Notes: generated by a model not told the origin, from the letters alone. DNA of 64,000 nt from Gammaproteobacteria bacterium (GCA_963662545.2 CAXXLL010000003.1:1504001-1568000); one strand, 5' to 3'. Shown: positions 40,862 to 51,169, counted from the stretch's first letter. A program made the numbers and translations.

Positions 40862-42088
40862 ATGGAAGATCCGCTCGAGCTACTGGCGGGCCTTACGGAC
40901 GAGGACTGGGCCGGCGCGAACCCGTTGTCGCCGGAATTCCGGGACGATCCCTACCCGGCGCTACACCGACTGCGCGCACGCGATCCGGTGAATCTCTCTC
41001 CGATCGGTACCTGGCGCCTGACCCGTTACGACGACGTCGCGCGAGTATTCAAGCACGCGCCGACCAGCATGACGCTGCCCGACGGATCGAATCCGAATTT
41101 CGATCCGCTCGATCGCCGCGGCAGTTTCAATGAATTCATGCTCAACAAGGACGGCAGCGAACACATGCGCCTGCGGCGCCTCGTGGTCAAGGCGTTTACG
41201 CGCCGGGCTCTGGACAATATTCAGTTGGAGATCGACCTGGCGGTGACGAGCGCTCTCGACCGCGCGGAGGCGGACGGCGGTATGGAGGTGGTCCACGATT
41301 TGGCGCTTTATGTGCCGAGTCGCATGATCTGCCGCATCATGGGCGTACCGGATGCCGATCGGATGCAGTTCACCGCCTGGACAGCCGCCCGGACCAACGC
41401 CTTCTTCGCTCGCTTTTTGCCCGAAGAAGTCAAGCAACGCGTACGCGAGGCCGGCTCCGCCATTGCGGATTACTTCGATGCGCTCGTCGAGGAACGACGC
41501 AAGAATCTCGGGGATGATCTACTGAGCGAATTGATCCGAGCCGAAGAAGATGGCGATCGCTTGCACGAAGGCGAGTTGACAGTGCAGGCGGTGGGCTTAT
41601 TGGTAGCGGGGTTCGAGACCACCATCGGCCTCATCGGCAACGGATTACGGGCCTTCATCGAGCATCCCGACCAGATGCGGATCTTGAGGGAACGTCCCGA
41701 ACTCATCGACAACGCGGTCGAGGAATGCCTGCGTTACGACGCGCCGATCCTCTTCAACTGGCGCATCTTGACCGAGGATTATGAAATCGGCGGGCGCTTG
41801 CTTCCGCGTGACGCCGTGCTGTGGCCGATGCTCGGCGCCGCCAATCGCGATCCCGCGCAATTTCCCGATCCGGACCGTTTTGACATCATGAGGGACGATG
41901 TCGCGCACCAGTCGTTCGGCGGCGGCGCACATTTCTGCCTGGGACATCAACTCGCCCGCATGGAAGCGCGGTCGGCGATCGGTGCTTTCGTACGGCGATT
42001 CGAAGCGCCACGGATCGACACTCACGGTTTGAGCTGGTCACAGTCATTCTTCCGTGTGCTCGGAAATCTGCCGGTTACTTTCGCGTGA
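40862..42088 (+). CDS. Cytochrome P450
   Basis: AGFETT (I-helix), EECLR (ExxR), heme motif FGGGAHFCLG. Confidence 0.96.
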   Translation: MEDPLELLAGLTDEDWAGANPLSPEFRDDPYPALHRLRARDPVNLSPIGTWRLTRYDDVARVFKHAPTSMTLPDGSNPNFDPLDRRGSFNEFMLNKDGSEHMRLRRLVVKAFTRRALDNIQLEIDLAVTSALDRAEADGGMEVVHDLALYVPSRMICRIMGVPDADRMQFTAWTAARTNAFFARFLPEEVKQRVREAGSAIADYFDALVEERRKNLGDDLLSELIRAEEDGDRLHEGELTVQAVGLLVAGFETTIGLIGNGLRAFIEHPDQMRILRERPELIDNAVEECLRYDAPILFNWRILTEDYEIGGRLLPRDAVLWPMLGAANRDPAQFPDPDRFDIMRDDVAHQSFGGGAHFCLGHQLARMEARSAIGAFVRRFEAPRIDTHGLSWSQSFFRVLGNLPVTFA

Positions 42089-42127
42089 ATCGAAGACCCA
42101 GGGTTAACAGGCTTGTGAATAACTTAG

Positions 42128-42289
42128 GGAACCTCTGAATAAGTCATGGTGCGTCTGAATTGTTCATGCAATTGTGCAGATCAAGGCACGAATCGCAGGC
42201 CATAGCGGGGACTATGGGCAAGGTTCGTAACGCCGAGCTGCGCGATTTCATGGGCAAGGCAGATGTGCCATGACTTTTTCAGAGGTTCC
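42128..42289 (+). repeat. MITE-like repeat family A (162 bp)
   Basis: TIR GGAACCTCTGAAWAAGTCATGG, flanked by TTAG on both sides. Confidence 0.9.
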
Positions 42290-42431
42290 TTAGGTCTTTG
42301 CCAGCCTGTCAGAGTTTGACTACGGAGTCTGGGCGGCACTGCCGCTTTCGATACCCTGGCCGGCTCAAGCGGCCTTGCGCTCCTTGAACCAGGTTTCCAG
42401 CATTGATCGCTCATTTAAATGTTTCCGTTAT

Positions 42432-42905
42432 TTATCCGGTTTCAACCAGGCTTCGGAGCATCCACGCGTTCTTTTCGTGGATCTGCATCCGCTGGGTCAA
42501 AAGGTCCGCGCTGGGTTCGTCTCCCGCCTGATTGACGAGCGGAATGATGCTGCGCGCGGTACGCACGACGGCTTCCTGCCCCGACACGAGTCGGCGGATC
42601 ATTTCCGTCGCGCACGGCACGTCATCCTCCTCGGTAATCGAGGTCAGATCGGCGAAATCTCTATAAGACCCGGGAGCCCGGTTTCCGAGCGCGCGGATAC
42701 GCTCGGCAATCTGATCGACCGCGAGGGCAAGCTCCGTGTAATGCGTTTCGAACAAAGTGTGCAAGGACGTGAACTGCGGTCCCGTCACGTTCCAATGGTA
42801 ATTGTGCGTCTTGAGATAAAGCGTGTAGCTGTCCGCGAGCAGCCGGGATAATCCCTCGGCGATGGCCGATCGTTTTTCAGTGGGTATTCCGATATCGATT
42901 TCCAT
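42432..42905 (-). CDS. dps: Dps-family ferritin-like protein
   Basis: [43 protein letters not shown]. Confidence 0.95.
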   Translation of the reverse strand: MEIDIGIPTEKRSAIAEGLSRLLADSYTLYLKTHNYHWNVTGPQFTSLHTLFETHYTELALAVDQIAERIRALGNRAPGSYRDFADLTSITEEDDVPCATEMIRRLVSGQEAVVRTARSIIPLVNQAGDEPSADLLTQRMQIHEKNAWMLRSLVETG

Positions 42906-42957
42906 CGTTCTTTCTCCGTAATTCGGGTTACGGGAGATACTTTACGACGATGAGATC

Positions 42958-43004
42958 GATAACTAAATTTAATTTTATATTCATTTTTAATAGATATTAT
43001 CTAT
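42958..43004 (-). promoter_or_regulatory. Candidate OxyR/LysR-type site upstream of dps
   Basis: ATAG-N7-CTAT at 42990-43004 within a very AT-rich tract. Confidence 0.55.
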
Positions 43005-43009
43005 CATTA

Positions 43010-46000
43010 TCAGGACGCGGGAGCGACGTGTTCACCGGCCGCTTTTCCGCCGGGGCGCAAACGGCGGCCGAGGTCGAACGTCAAGGTCAGGAGTGCCGGC
43101 ATGAACGTGATCGTGACTAAGGTTGAAAACAAAATACCGAACAGCACGATAGCGCCGAGTCCGCGATAAAGCTCGGTGCCGGCGCCCGGGTTGAGGACCA
43201 GCGGAGACAAGCTGATCACCGTGGTAACCATGGACATCATGATCGGCCGCAGTCGCGAGCGCGTCGCTTCTATGACTGCCTCGCGAATATCCATCCGGCC
43301 CTGCTTCAGGTTTCTGACGGCGCGCTCAACCAGCAGGATAGGATTGTTGACGACCGTACCGATCAAAACCAGAAAGCCCAGCATCGTGATCACGTCTAAA
43401 GGCTGCTGTATGACCGGTAGACCAAAGCGGCCCATTTCCTGGCCCACCACGTTCATCAGCCACAGCCCGACGATACCACCGCTGATCCCGATAGGGACGG
43501 ATGCCAATATCAGCAGGGGATATCCCCAATGAGAAAAGATCGCGACGAGAAGCAGGTAGGAGATAAGGACGGCGATGATGAAATTCCCGCCCAGGGCTTC
43601 TCGTGTCGCCCTCAGCCGATCGTTTGCCCCGCTGATATCCATTGACACGCTGGGCGCGATCTCGCCGGATTCCTGCAGATGCCGAATGAGTTCGCGTTCG
43701 ACTCGCTCCACACCGACCTCGAGTGGGATTTCCTTAGGCGGGATGATGGAGAGCGTGATGGTGCGACGCCCGTCGACGCGGCGAATGGTTTCCGTATTCA
43801 CGGTTTCGGTCACCTTCGCGATGGCGTCGAGCGGAACCACGCCGCCATTCGGCGAGAAGAGCAGCAGGTTTTCGATGTCTTCCGGTCCTTCGATCGAGCC
43901 CTGGGTCGAATAGATGAACATGTCAATCTTATCGTCGCCGAGGAAAAATTCGTCGACGAAAGCACCGTCGGAAAACGCCCAGATGGCGTAGCCCAGGTCG
44001 TCGGTTTCGATACCGAGTTCGGCAGCGCGCTCCCAATCGGGTTTGATTTCGATCATGGGCTGCCCCATCGTTAAACTCGACGGTTGCGGTCGAACCTGCG
44101 GATTGACGAAGATCTCTCGGGACCTCGCGAAAGCACGCGCGCCGGCTTCGAACAGGGGCGCCAGCTCAGGACCGCTAATGTCGAGATTAATGCTCCGCGT
44201 ACCGCCCAGGTTGCTCGCGAAAATGGAACCGCGCGACGCGAACGAGATGACGCCGGGAACCTCACGAAAACGCGCCGTCACTGCTTTGACCAGGTCGTCT
44301 GTTTGCGCCCGATCGGTCGCCTCCGGGATAAGCATTACCATACCGGCATAGGCATAGCTGATGACAAAATTGAGCGCCGGAACTTCGGCTTCGCCCGCAT
44401 CGAAAACAGCCGGATCCTGGCCGATGAAGGGCACGAAATAGTCATTCAACTGACCCAGAATGCCGTCCATGACCGCAATGTTGTAGCCCGGCGGCGAAAA
44501 CATGAAAGCGAAGATCTTCTGCTCTTCGCCCTCGGGCAAGTATTCTGCCTTGGGCGTTAGGAAACCGATGATGCCCGCTGATACCGCGAGTACGACGCCG
44601 ATCAAAACGACGGCCCGTATCGACCCCGAGACGAGCCAGCGGACAAAGGCGACCACGGCTTCGCCGATACGTGCGCCGACTATTTGAATACCGGAGAGAA
44701 ATCCCGGGGCTCGACTCTGCCGGGGTTTCACCCAGCGGCTCATCGCCGCCGGGACCAGCGTGACCGCCACCACCATCGACATCAAAATGGACGCCGAGAT
44801 GGCAACCGCGATATCGGAATAGAGCTGCCCCGCTTCCTCCTTGATGAAGATCACCGGCAGAAAGACGAGCACCGTGGTCATTGTCGAGGCAAGTATCGCG
44901 GGCCATACTTCCCGCACACCTGTGATTGCTGCATCCACCCGCGACTTGCCTTCCGCAAGATGGCGGTAGATGTTCTCCAGCACAACGATGCTGTTGTCGA
45001 GCGTCATCCCGATCGCGAAAGCAACGCCCGCGAGCGAAATGACGTTGATCGTTCGCCCCGCCAACATCAGCCCGAGAAACGCCACCACGGTGCAGATGGG
45101 TATACCGACCGCGCCGATCGCCGTCGCCGCCGCGGACCGCAGAAACAGGAAAAGCACAACGATCGCAAAACTGGCGCCGATTAAGAGATTGCGCCCTACC
45201 ACCCACACCGCGTCCTTGACGTACTGGACGTCCTCGCTGCTGAGCTCCATCTGCAGTCCCCGCGAACTCAAAACGGTCCTGTTGAGGTCCGCGACTTCCT
45301 CGACTACGGCGTCCAACACCTCGACCACGTTCGCACCGATCATGCGGCGGACGCCTATCGTGATGTTCGGGCGCCCGTTGGCGTAGGACACGTTCCTGAC
45401 TTCGAAGCTCCCCATCGCCGCGTACCCCACGTCCCGCAGGCGTACCGAGACATCACCGCGCCGCGCGATGATCAGGTCATCGATGGACTCGACCGTGTCG
45501 AACCGGCCGATGGTACGAACGATGTAGCGCCGCTTGCCTGCATCCAGATCTCCGCCTGAGACGTCGCGATTGCGGCCGCGAATGGCATCGCGCAACTCCC
45601 GCACGCTGATGCGCCGATCGGCAAGTTTGATCGGATCGACATAGATCTTTACCTGGCGCTCAGTGCCACCCCAGACTTCGGCCTCCGACACGCCCGTGAC
45701 CCGCTCGATCCGCACCGCCACGTAATCCTGTACGAAATCACGCATGAGGTGGACGTCCACGTTCATCGGGTTTCCCGGCAGAGGCGTCACCCGGAAGAAC
45801 ATGAACGGATTATTGGAGTAGGAACTCGTGATGATTCGCGGTTCGTCTACGTTCTCGGGATAGGATGGAACCTGTGTGAGAGCATTGTTCACGCGGATCA
45901 GGATCTCGTTGAGATCGGCGCCGTGTGAAAATTCGAGTTCGATGCGCGCCTGGCCCATGCGTGACTCGGAGATCATCCGCTCGAGGCCAATGATGTTTCG

Positions 46001-46207
46001 CAGATAATCCTCTTGCTCGATGATGATTTCCTTTTCGATGTCCTGTGGCGTCGCACCCGGCCAGGTCGTGCGTACCCTGACCGTGCGTACGTCCAGGTCC
46101 GGGATCATCTGCTTGGGTATGCGTGAGATCGACGTCAGCCCGAACAGGCAGACGATCAGAATGACAACCGTCATGACAATGGGCTTGCGGACTGCAAACT
46201 CGAACAT
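43010..46207 (-). CDS. RND efflux permease (AcrB/MdtB-like)
   Basis: 1065 aa; WPGATPQDIE, GMTLDNSIVVLENIYR, SRLRPIMM. Confidence 0.93.
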   Translation of the reverse strand: MFEFAVRKPIVMTVVILIVCLFGLTSISRIPKQMIPDLDVRTVRVRTTWPGATPQDIEKEIIIEQEDYLRNIIGLERMISESRMGQARIELEFSHGADLNEILIRVNNALTQVPSYPENVDEPRIITSSYSNNPFMFFRVTPLPGNPMNVDVHLMRDFVQDYVAVRIERVTGVSEAEVWGGTERQVKIYVDPIKLADRRISVRELRDAIRGRNRDVSGGDLDAGKRRYIVRTIGRFDTVESIDDLIIARRGDVSVRLRDVGYAAMGSFEVRNVSYANGRPNITIGVRRMIGANVVEVLDAVVEEVADLNRTVLSSRGLQMELSSEDVQYVKDAVWVVGRNLLIGASFAIVVLFLFLRSAAATAIGAVGIPICTVVAFLGLMLAGRTINVISLAGVAFAIGMTLDNSIVVLENIYRHLAEGKSRVDAAITGVREVWPAILASTMTTVLVFLPVIFIKEEAGQLYSDIAVAISASILMSMVVAVTLVPAAMSRWVKPRQSRAPGFLSGIQIVGARIGEAVVAFVRWLVSGSIRAVVLIGVVLAVSAGIIGFLTPKAEYLPEGEEQKIFAFMFSPPGYNIAVMDGILGQLNDYFVPFIGQDPAVFDAGEAEVPALNFVISYAYAGMVMLIPEATDRAQTDDLVKAVTARFREVPGVISFASRGSIFASNLGGTRSINLDISGPELAPLFEAGARAFARSREIFVNPQVRPQPSSLTMGQPMIEIKPDWERAAELGIETDDLGYAIWAFSDGAFVDEFFLGDDKIDMFIYSTQGSIEGPEDIENLLLFSPNGGVVPLDAIAKVTETVNTETIRRVDGRRTITLSIIPPKEIPLEVGVERVERELIRHLQESGEIAPSVSMDISGANDRLRATREALGGNFIIAVLISYLLLVAIFSHWGYPLLILASVPIGISGGIVGLWLMNVVGQEMGRFGLPVIQQPLDVITMLGFLVLIGTVVNNPILLVERAVRNLKQGRMDIREAVIEATRSRLRPIMMSMVTTVISLSPLVLNPGAGTELYRGLGAIVLFGILFSTLVTITFMPALLTLTFDLGRRLRPGGKAAGEHVAPAS

Positions 46208-46237
46208 GACGGATTCAGGCCACCCGGAAAGAGGGTG

Positions 46238-47335
46238 TCATATGTCCTGCGCGCGCTCTTCGGCGACGAGGACCGATTGGCCGGGCCTCAGGATCTCGTT
46301 GCCGCGAACGACTACTTGCTGCCCGGCACTGACGTCACCGTGCACAATCTCGATGTGATCCCGATAGGAACGGCCCGTCTCGATTCGCCGCGGGACGGCC
46401 TTGGTGACGCCATCTTCGACGACGATGACCCAGACATTGGCGCTACCATCCGGTTTCCGCACCACCGCATCGCGCGGTAGCAGCAGCGCGGATGCCTGGC
46501 CGCGCGCGCCGATGTACAGAGAGACGCGCGCCGACATCCCGGGTGCCAACCGCTTCTCATCATTGGGAATATCGATCCATATTCTGAACGTTCTCGAGGT
46601 CGCGTCGCTAATGGGAATCTTTCTCGCTACCTTCGCCTCGAAAGTCCGCTCGGGCATGGCGTCAAAGCGAATGGTCACGTCGGTGTCGATTTCGACACCC
46701 GCGTAATAAAACTGCGGTACGGGCACCTCCAATCGCAACAGCTTGACGTCGACAAGCTCGACGAGAGCCGTGTTGGTTTCAACCCATTCGCCTTGCTCAA
46801 CCAGCTTGCGGCTCACGACGGCATCGAAGGGGGCGTGAACAACGTGACGCCGCAGCAATTCCCGCGCCCTCTCCAATTGCGCTGCGGCCTGCTTAACCGT
46901 AGCGGCGGCGATATCTATCTGAGCCTTGGCGGCAGAGACAGCCGTGTCGGCGACATTGCGGGTCTCCTGCAACTCGAGCAGTTCACGATATCGTCGTTCG
47001 GACTCGAGCTTGCGTGCGCGGGCTTCTTCGAGCCGCGCATTTGCCACATTGACGTCGATTCGCGCAAGCGCTCGATCTAGCCGTAGAACGACTGCACCGC
47101 GCTCAATACGATCACCGTCATCGACCCGTATCTCGGTAACAAGGCCGTCGATTTCAGTCGAAAGGCGCGCAGTCCTGTGTGCGATCAGGCTGCCGTTGAG
47201 CGTGACTTCCTCACGTATTTCGGCTGTCTGTACGATAGAGACGCCGACCGGTACGGGTGCTTCGGCCATCAAGCCCGGCGGCGCGAAACAGATACCGCCG
47301 AGCGCCAAGACGCGGACGAGTCGCGCCGCTATCAA
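46238..47335 (-). CDS. RND periplasmic adaptor (membrane fusion protein)
   Basis: HAPFDAVV, LAPGMSARV, LLPRDAVV, VVVRGNEILRPG. Confidence 0.92.
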   Translation of the reverse strand: MIAARLVRVLALGGICFAPPGLMAEAPVPVGVSIVQTAEIREEVTLNGSLIAHRTARLSTEIDGLVTEIRVDDGDRIERGAVVLRLDRALARIDVNVANARLEEARARKLESERRYRELLELQETRNVADTAVSAAKAQIDIAAATVKQAAAQLERARELLRRHVVHAPFDAVVSRKLVEQGEWVETNTALVELVDVKLLRLEVPVPQFYYAGVEIDTDVTIRFDAMPERTFEAKVARKIPISDATSRTFRIWIDIPNDEKRLAPGMSARVSLYIGARGQASALLLPRDAVVRKPDGSANVWVIVVEDGVTKAVPRRIETGRSYRDHIEIVHGDVSAGQQVVVRGNEILRPGQSVLVAEERAQDI

Positions 47336-47604
47336 GACTGGATTTCCCTGTTCACCGGCACATTATCGGCGTTGGCGGGGACGCTTGTCACATACTCCCA
47401 GCCGCGGAGTGAACGAGGGGCATCGCACGAAACATGGAAATCCGGATCCGCACTGCTATATTTAGAACATGGGGTGAGTTCAAGGCGCGCCAAACCGGCG
47501 AGGACGCCCGCGATCACCCACTGATGAGTGACGCGTCACAAATCAAGTGTGCAGTAGACGCCTATCAAGGAGGACCTCGCTCAGCGAGGCCAAATCGCCG
47601 GTCC

Positions 47605-47628
47605 AAACCCCGCCTTAGTGCGGGGTTT
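47605..47628 (-). terminator. Hairpin terminator after the MNIO operon
   Basis: AAACCCCGC-N6-GCGGGGTTT, about 37 nt past the DUF2063 stop. Confidence 0.6.
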
Positions 47629-47664
47629 ACTTTTCTATCGTCTGTTCTTCACGCAAAAGGGAAA

Positions 47665-48459
47665 TTAGTTTCGCCGGGTACCGAGTATCACCACCCGTTC
47701 GAGCATCCGTTCGAGAATTGCACTGCTGGCCTCGATTAGAGCGGAAACATCGTCACGGCCCAACTCGTTCGCGACGATTTGGTAAATCTCGAACCCGGTC
47801 CTTCCCCTATCCTCGATGATGAGTCCCAGAAGGCGCGCTGAGGCGCTGCTCAAATCCAGGAAACCATAGAGGTTGTCCAAATCGCGAAACGCGGCGATCC
47901 GCGTCGCCGCGGGAGGCGGTACGATAGGCTGATACTCCGAATCGATGGTATGCACCGGAAATCGATAGGTCACGATCTCGAGGATGGGATTGGGCACCGG
48001 GATTTCCTTGATCAGGTCGCCGCTGCGATCGACCCCCGTCAGATCGATCTGCCGCTCATCCGCGCCTATCAAGGTTTCAAGCCAATCGAAGTGCGCGAGT
48101 TCGGCCAGGAAGGGCGGATCAGCCGGATCCTTACGCTCGCTTTCGAGATACTCGAGAAACTCCAGCGGCAGGTCGACGAAGGCCGACGCCCCGGATGCAT
48201 GGACAATAAGATAATCCCGCACCATGGCGTTCCAGCGCTCGTCATCGAAGATCTCACGCACCCTCGGAAAGTTGTCCTTCATGAAACCTTCGACGTTCGC
48301 GAATACCGCGTGGCGGTAGATAGCCATGCGACGATCCTCGTGACCTGGCGGAGAAGCCTGCTGGTCGGGATCGCGCAGGTGTCGGGTAAACAAGCGCTGC
48401 AGGCGAATGAACTCCGGTTCCATCACGAAAGATTTCTCAGGCTGCGGTGTCCTCGACAC
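47665..48459 (-). CDS. DUF2063 (HvfC/BufC-like) MNIO partner protein
   Basis: FTRHLRDP, RRMAIYR, NFPRVR, PFLAELAHFDWLE; overlaps the DUF692 gene. Confidence 0.88.
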   Translation of the reverse strand: MSRTPQPEKSFVMEPEFIRLQRLFTRHLRDPDQQASPPGHEDRRMAIYRHAVFANVEGFMKDNFPRVREIFDDERWNAMVRDYLIVHASGASAFVDLPLEFLEYLESERKDPADPPFLAELAHFDWLETLIGADERQIDLTGVDRSGDLIKEIPVPNPILEIVTYRFPVHTIDSEYQPIVPPPAATRIAAFRDLDNLYGFLDLSSASARLLGLIIEDRGRTGFEIYQIVANELGRDDVSALIEASSAILERMLERVVILGTRRN

Positions 48460-49345
48460 TTCGAGCGTATCGCGATTGCAATGCTCTGATTCTGTCCACT
48501 TCGGGCATCACCTCGCCGAGCGGCGGGATATTCTCGTCGCGCTCCAGCAATGTCGGAAATACGCCAAATTCCTGGTACGCGAATTCCAATAAGGACCACA
48601 CGGGATCGATGATGGGCTCGCCATGCGTATCGACGATGAGGTCCTCATCCTCGTTGGTATGCCCGGCAATGTGTGCATAGGCTAATCGTTCCGCGGGAAT
48701 GCTCGAGATGAACGACTTCGCCTCATAGCAATGATTCACGCTGTTGACGTAGACGTTGTTCACATCGAACAGAAGCTGGCAGTCGGCTTCCTCGAGTACG
48801 GCCTTGATGAAGGTAATTTCATCTAATTCCGTCGACAAAGCCAGATAATACGACGCGTTTTCCACCGCGATCGTCCGCTCCAGCACATCCTGGACTTGCC
48901 GAATTCTCGCGGCAACATGGCGCACGGCTTCATCGGTGAATGGAATTGGAAGGAGCTCGTATAGCTGACCACTCTCCGCGCAGAAAGTCAGGTGATCGCC
49001 ATAGATGAGAACCTTGTGGCGGTCCAGGAATTTTTTTACGCGCTCGAGGTATTCGAGGTCCAGGGGATCCGGACCGCCGAGATTGAGCAGTAATCCGTGG
49101 CAGACGAGGGGTCGTTCACGGGTAATCCGTTCAAATGCCTCGCCGAGGCGGCCGCCTACACCGACCCAGTTCTCGGGAGCGACTTCAAGGAATTCGATTT
49201 CGTCTGGGATGTGGTCTTGCAGCGGACCCATGTGGGTCCGCCGCAGACCAAGACCGGCGCCGTTGACGGCGAACTTCCGCTGCACCGGTTTTGTTTGGAC
49301 AGAGATGTCCGGGTCGTTTATTTCTTGAGGTGCTTCATCGAGCAC
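48437..49345 (-). CDS. DUF692 multinuclear non-heme iron oxidative enzyme (MNIO, HvfB/BufB-like)
   Basis: GLGLRR, EVAPENW, HGL, DHL, ENASYY, DVNNVYVN, HIAGH, VDTHG, LLERDENIP. The true start may be slightly downstream. Confidence 0.95.
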   Translation of the reverse strand: MLDEAPQEINDPDISVQTKPVQRKFAVNGAGLGLRRTHMGPLQDHIPDEIEFLEVAPENWVGVGGRLGEAFERITRERPLVCHGLLLNLGGPDPLDLEYLERVKKFLDRHKVLIYGDHLTFCAESGQLYELLPIPFTDEAVRHVAARIRQVQDVLERTIAVENASYYLALSTELDEITFIKAVLEEADCQLLFDVNNVYVNSVNHCYEAKSFISSIPAERLAYAHIAGHTNEDEDLIVDTHGEPIIDPVWSLLEFAYQEFGVFPTLLERDENIPPLGEVMPEVDRIRALQSRYARSVEDTAA

Positions 49346-49629
49346 ATATCACCAGCGAAGGTCCCGCAAACACCGGGATCTTTCATGCCGGTCGCGAGCT
49401 TCCCGCCAGCGTATTTAGCCTTCTGGTCGCCACCGTAGGTGAAACCGGTTTCGTCATTGATCATGACTTTGTTGCCCTGCATATCCATGGCTTCCCCGGC
49501 AACAGTAATGCCTTCACCGAATTCCACCATCTGGAAAGGGTTGTCGGCCGCGTTAGCGGACACCGCTAATGCCAGAATGACACTCGAACCAAGCGCAGCA
49601 GCAACAGGCTTCAGGTTATTTTTCTTCAT
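49318..49629 (-). CDS. Secreted MNIO precursor peptide (103 aa)
   Basis: GAGGAGG RBS, Sec signal ending ANA-A, ADNPF motif, C-terminal PGVCGTFAGDMCSMKHLKK; first gene of the DUF692-DUF2063 operon. Confidence 0.85.
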   Translation of the reverse strand: MKKNNLKPVAAALGSSVILALAVSANAADNPFQMVEFGEGITVAGEAMDMQGNKVMINDETGFTYGGDQKAKYAGGKLATGMKDPGVCGTFAGDMCSMKHLKK

Positions 49630-49955
49630 GATTGACCTTCCTCCTCGGAGATTTTTTAACGTTGTACAACACCCCCAGGGACCGGCCGCGACACGCCCAT
49701 GCATCCATTCGGGCAGGGTCCGGCAGCTATCCGGGCGGGGCTAGGAATGTTAGCGATCGAGGTAATATAAGTCTAGGCAGGCGGGATCCCGACGGACGCG
49801 GTCGGTGGGCAAAAAAACCCCGCTCGGGCAAACCGCCGCGGACTTAGGCGAATTGGAGCATAACGCTATCACTACGCAGGCTATGTTAGAGCCGGCAGGC
49901 CGAATCCCCTTGGGAAATTCTCGTAGACATCTTAAGCACCGGGCGCGAAATTCGA

Positions 49956-51007
49956 ATGCAAGGTAACGTGTTGATTGCATTTATTTTATTGAGCTTGTCC
50001 GCGCTTGCTCAAGGCGCAGACACGGGCATCGATGCCTTCCGCTGCGGCGATTTTGGCGCCGCCCACCGGTACTTCACGGCAAAGGCCGAGCGCGGCGACC
50101 GGATAGCGCAGAACAATCTGGGCGTCATGTATCTGAAAGGGCGTGGCGTCGAGGTCGATTTCGACCAGGCTAGAGAGTATTTCGAAGCGGCCGCCGGGCA
50201 GGCTCTCGCGGGCGCGATGTTCAATCTGGGCATCATGCACCTGCGGGGCTACGGCAGCGACATCAATCACCGCGAGGCGGTCACCTGGTTTCATAAAAGT
50301 GCCGCGCGCGGTGATCGCGAAGCGCAATTCTTCCTCGGGCTGATGTATTTCAAAGGCCAGGGGATCATGCCCGACCCTGAGAAGGCGCGTCAGTGGTTTC
50401 AGAAATCCGCTGAGGCAGGCTTAGCGGCGGCGCAGTTCAATCTCGCCATGATGGTTCTCGATGGTGAAGATAGCACCGCCGATGGTGAAGATAGCACGAG
50501 GACGAGGCGCTGCGCTGGCTCGATGCGGCAGCCGAGCAGGGTCATGAACAAGCCAAGCTGCATATTGCCAAGGTGCATCTCGCACACGTGGACGACCCCG
50601 ATAGAGCGGCTCACGCCGCCACCGTCTTGCACGAACTTGTCGACGCCGGCGAACCCGAAGCGCAGATGCAATACGGGTTGATGCATACCTTCGGGCACGG
50701 CGTACCGCTCGATCACGAAGAAGGCCGGTTCTGGTTGCGGCAATCGGCCCTGCAGGGACTGACGGCAGCCCAAATCAATCTCGGGGCAATTTATGCCGAA
50801 GGGCTGGGCACGGATCCGGACCTCGTCAAAGCCTTTGCCTGGTTGACCCTCGGCGCGGAAAATAGTCGTGCGGCGAACCAGGCTTTGGAGCAGGTCTCTC
50901 AACGGATCAAGCTCGAAGACCGCGCGCTGGCCGAAGCGATGATCACCGAACTGAGGCGGAAGACGGCGAAGGACCGCATTCCGAAGGTCGGCGAAACCGC
51001 ACACTAA
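49956..51007 (+). pseudogene. Sel1-like repeat exported protein, frameshifted
   Basis: AQNNLGVMY, AMFNLGIM, AQFFLGLMY repeats. Deleting the 14-nt insert 50483-50496 joins both ORFs into 345 aa. Confidence 0.85.
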
Positions 51008-51169
51008 GGAACCTCTGAATAAGTCATGGTGGGTCTGAATTGTTCATGCAATGGTGCAGGTCAAGGCCCGAATCGCAGACCCTAGCGGGGACTATTGGCA
51101 AGGTTCGTAACGCCGAGCTGCGCGACTACATGGGCAAGGCAGATGCGACATGACTTAATCAGAGTTTGC
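51008..51169 (+). repeat. MITE-like repeat family A (162 bp, right TIR degraded)
   Basis: Aligns over its full length with 42128-42289. Confidence 0.88.

Noticed and set aside
49630-49704. 25-aa N-terminal extension with CC on the MNIO precursor
   Set aside because: A strong RBS and the signal peptide point to ATG 49629.
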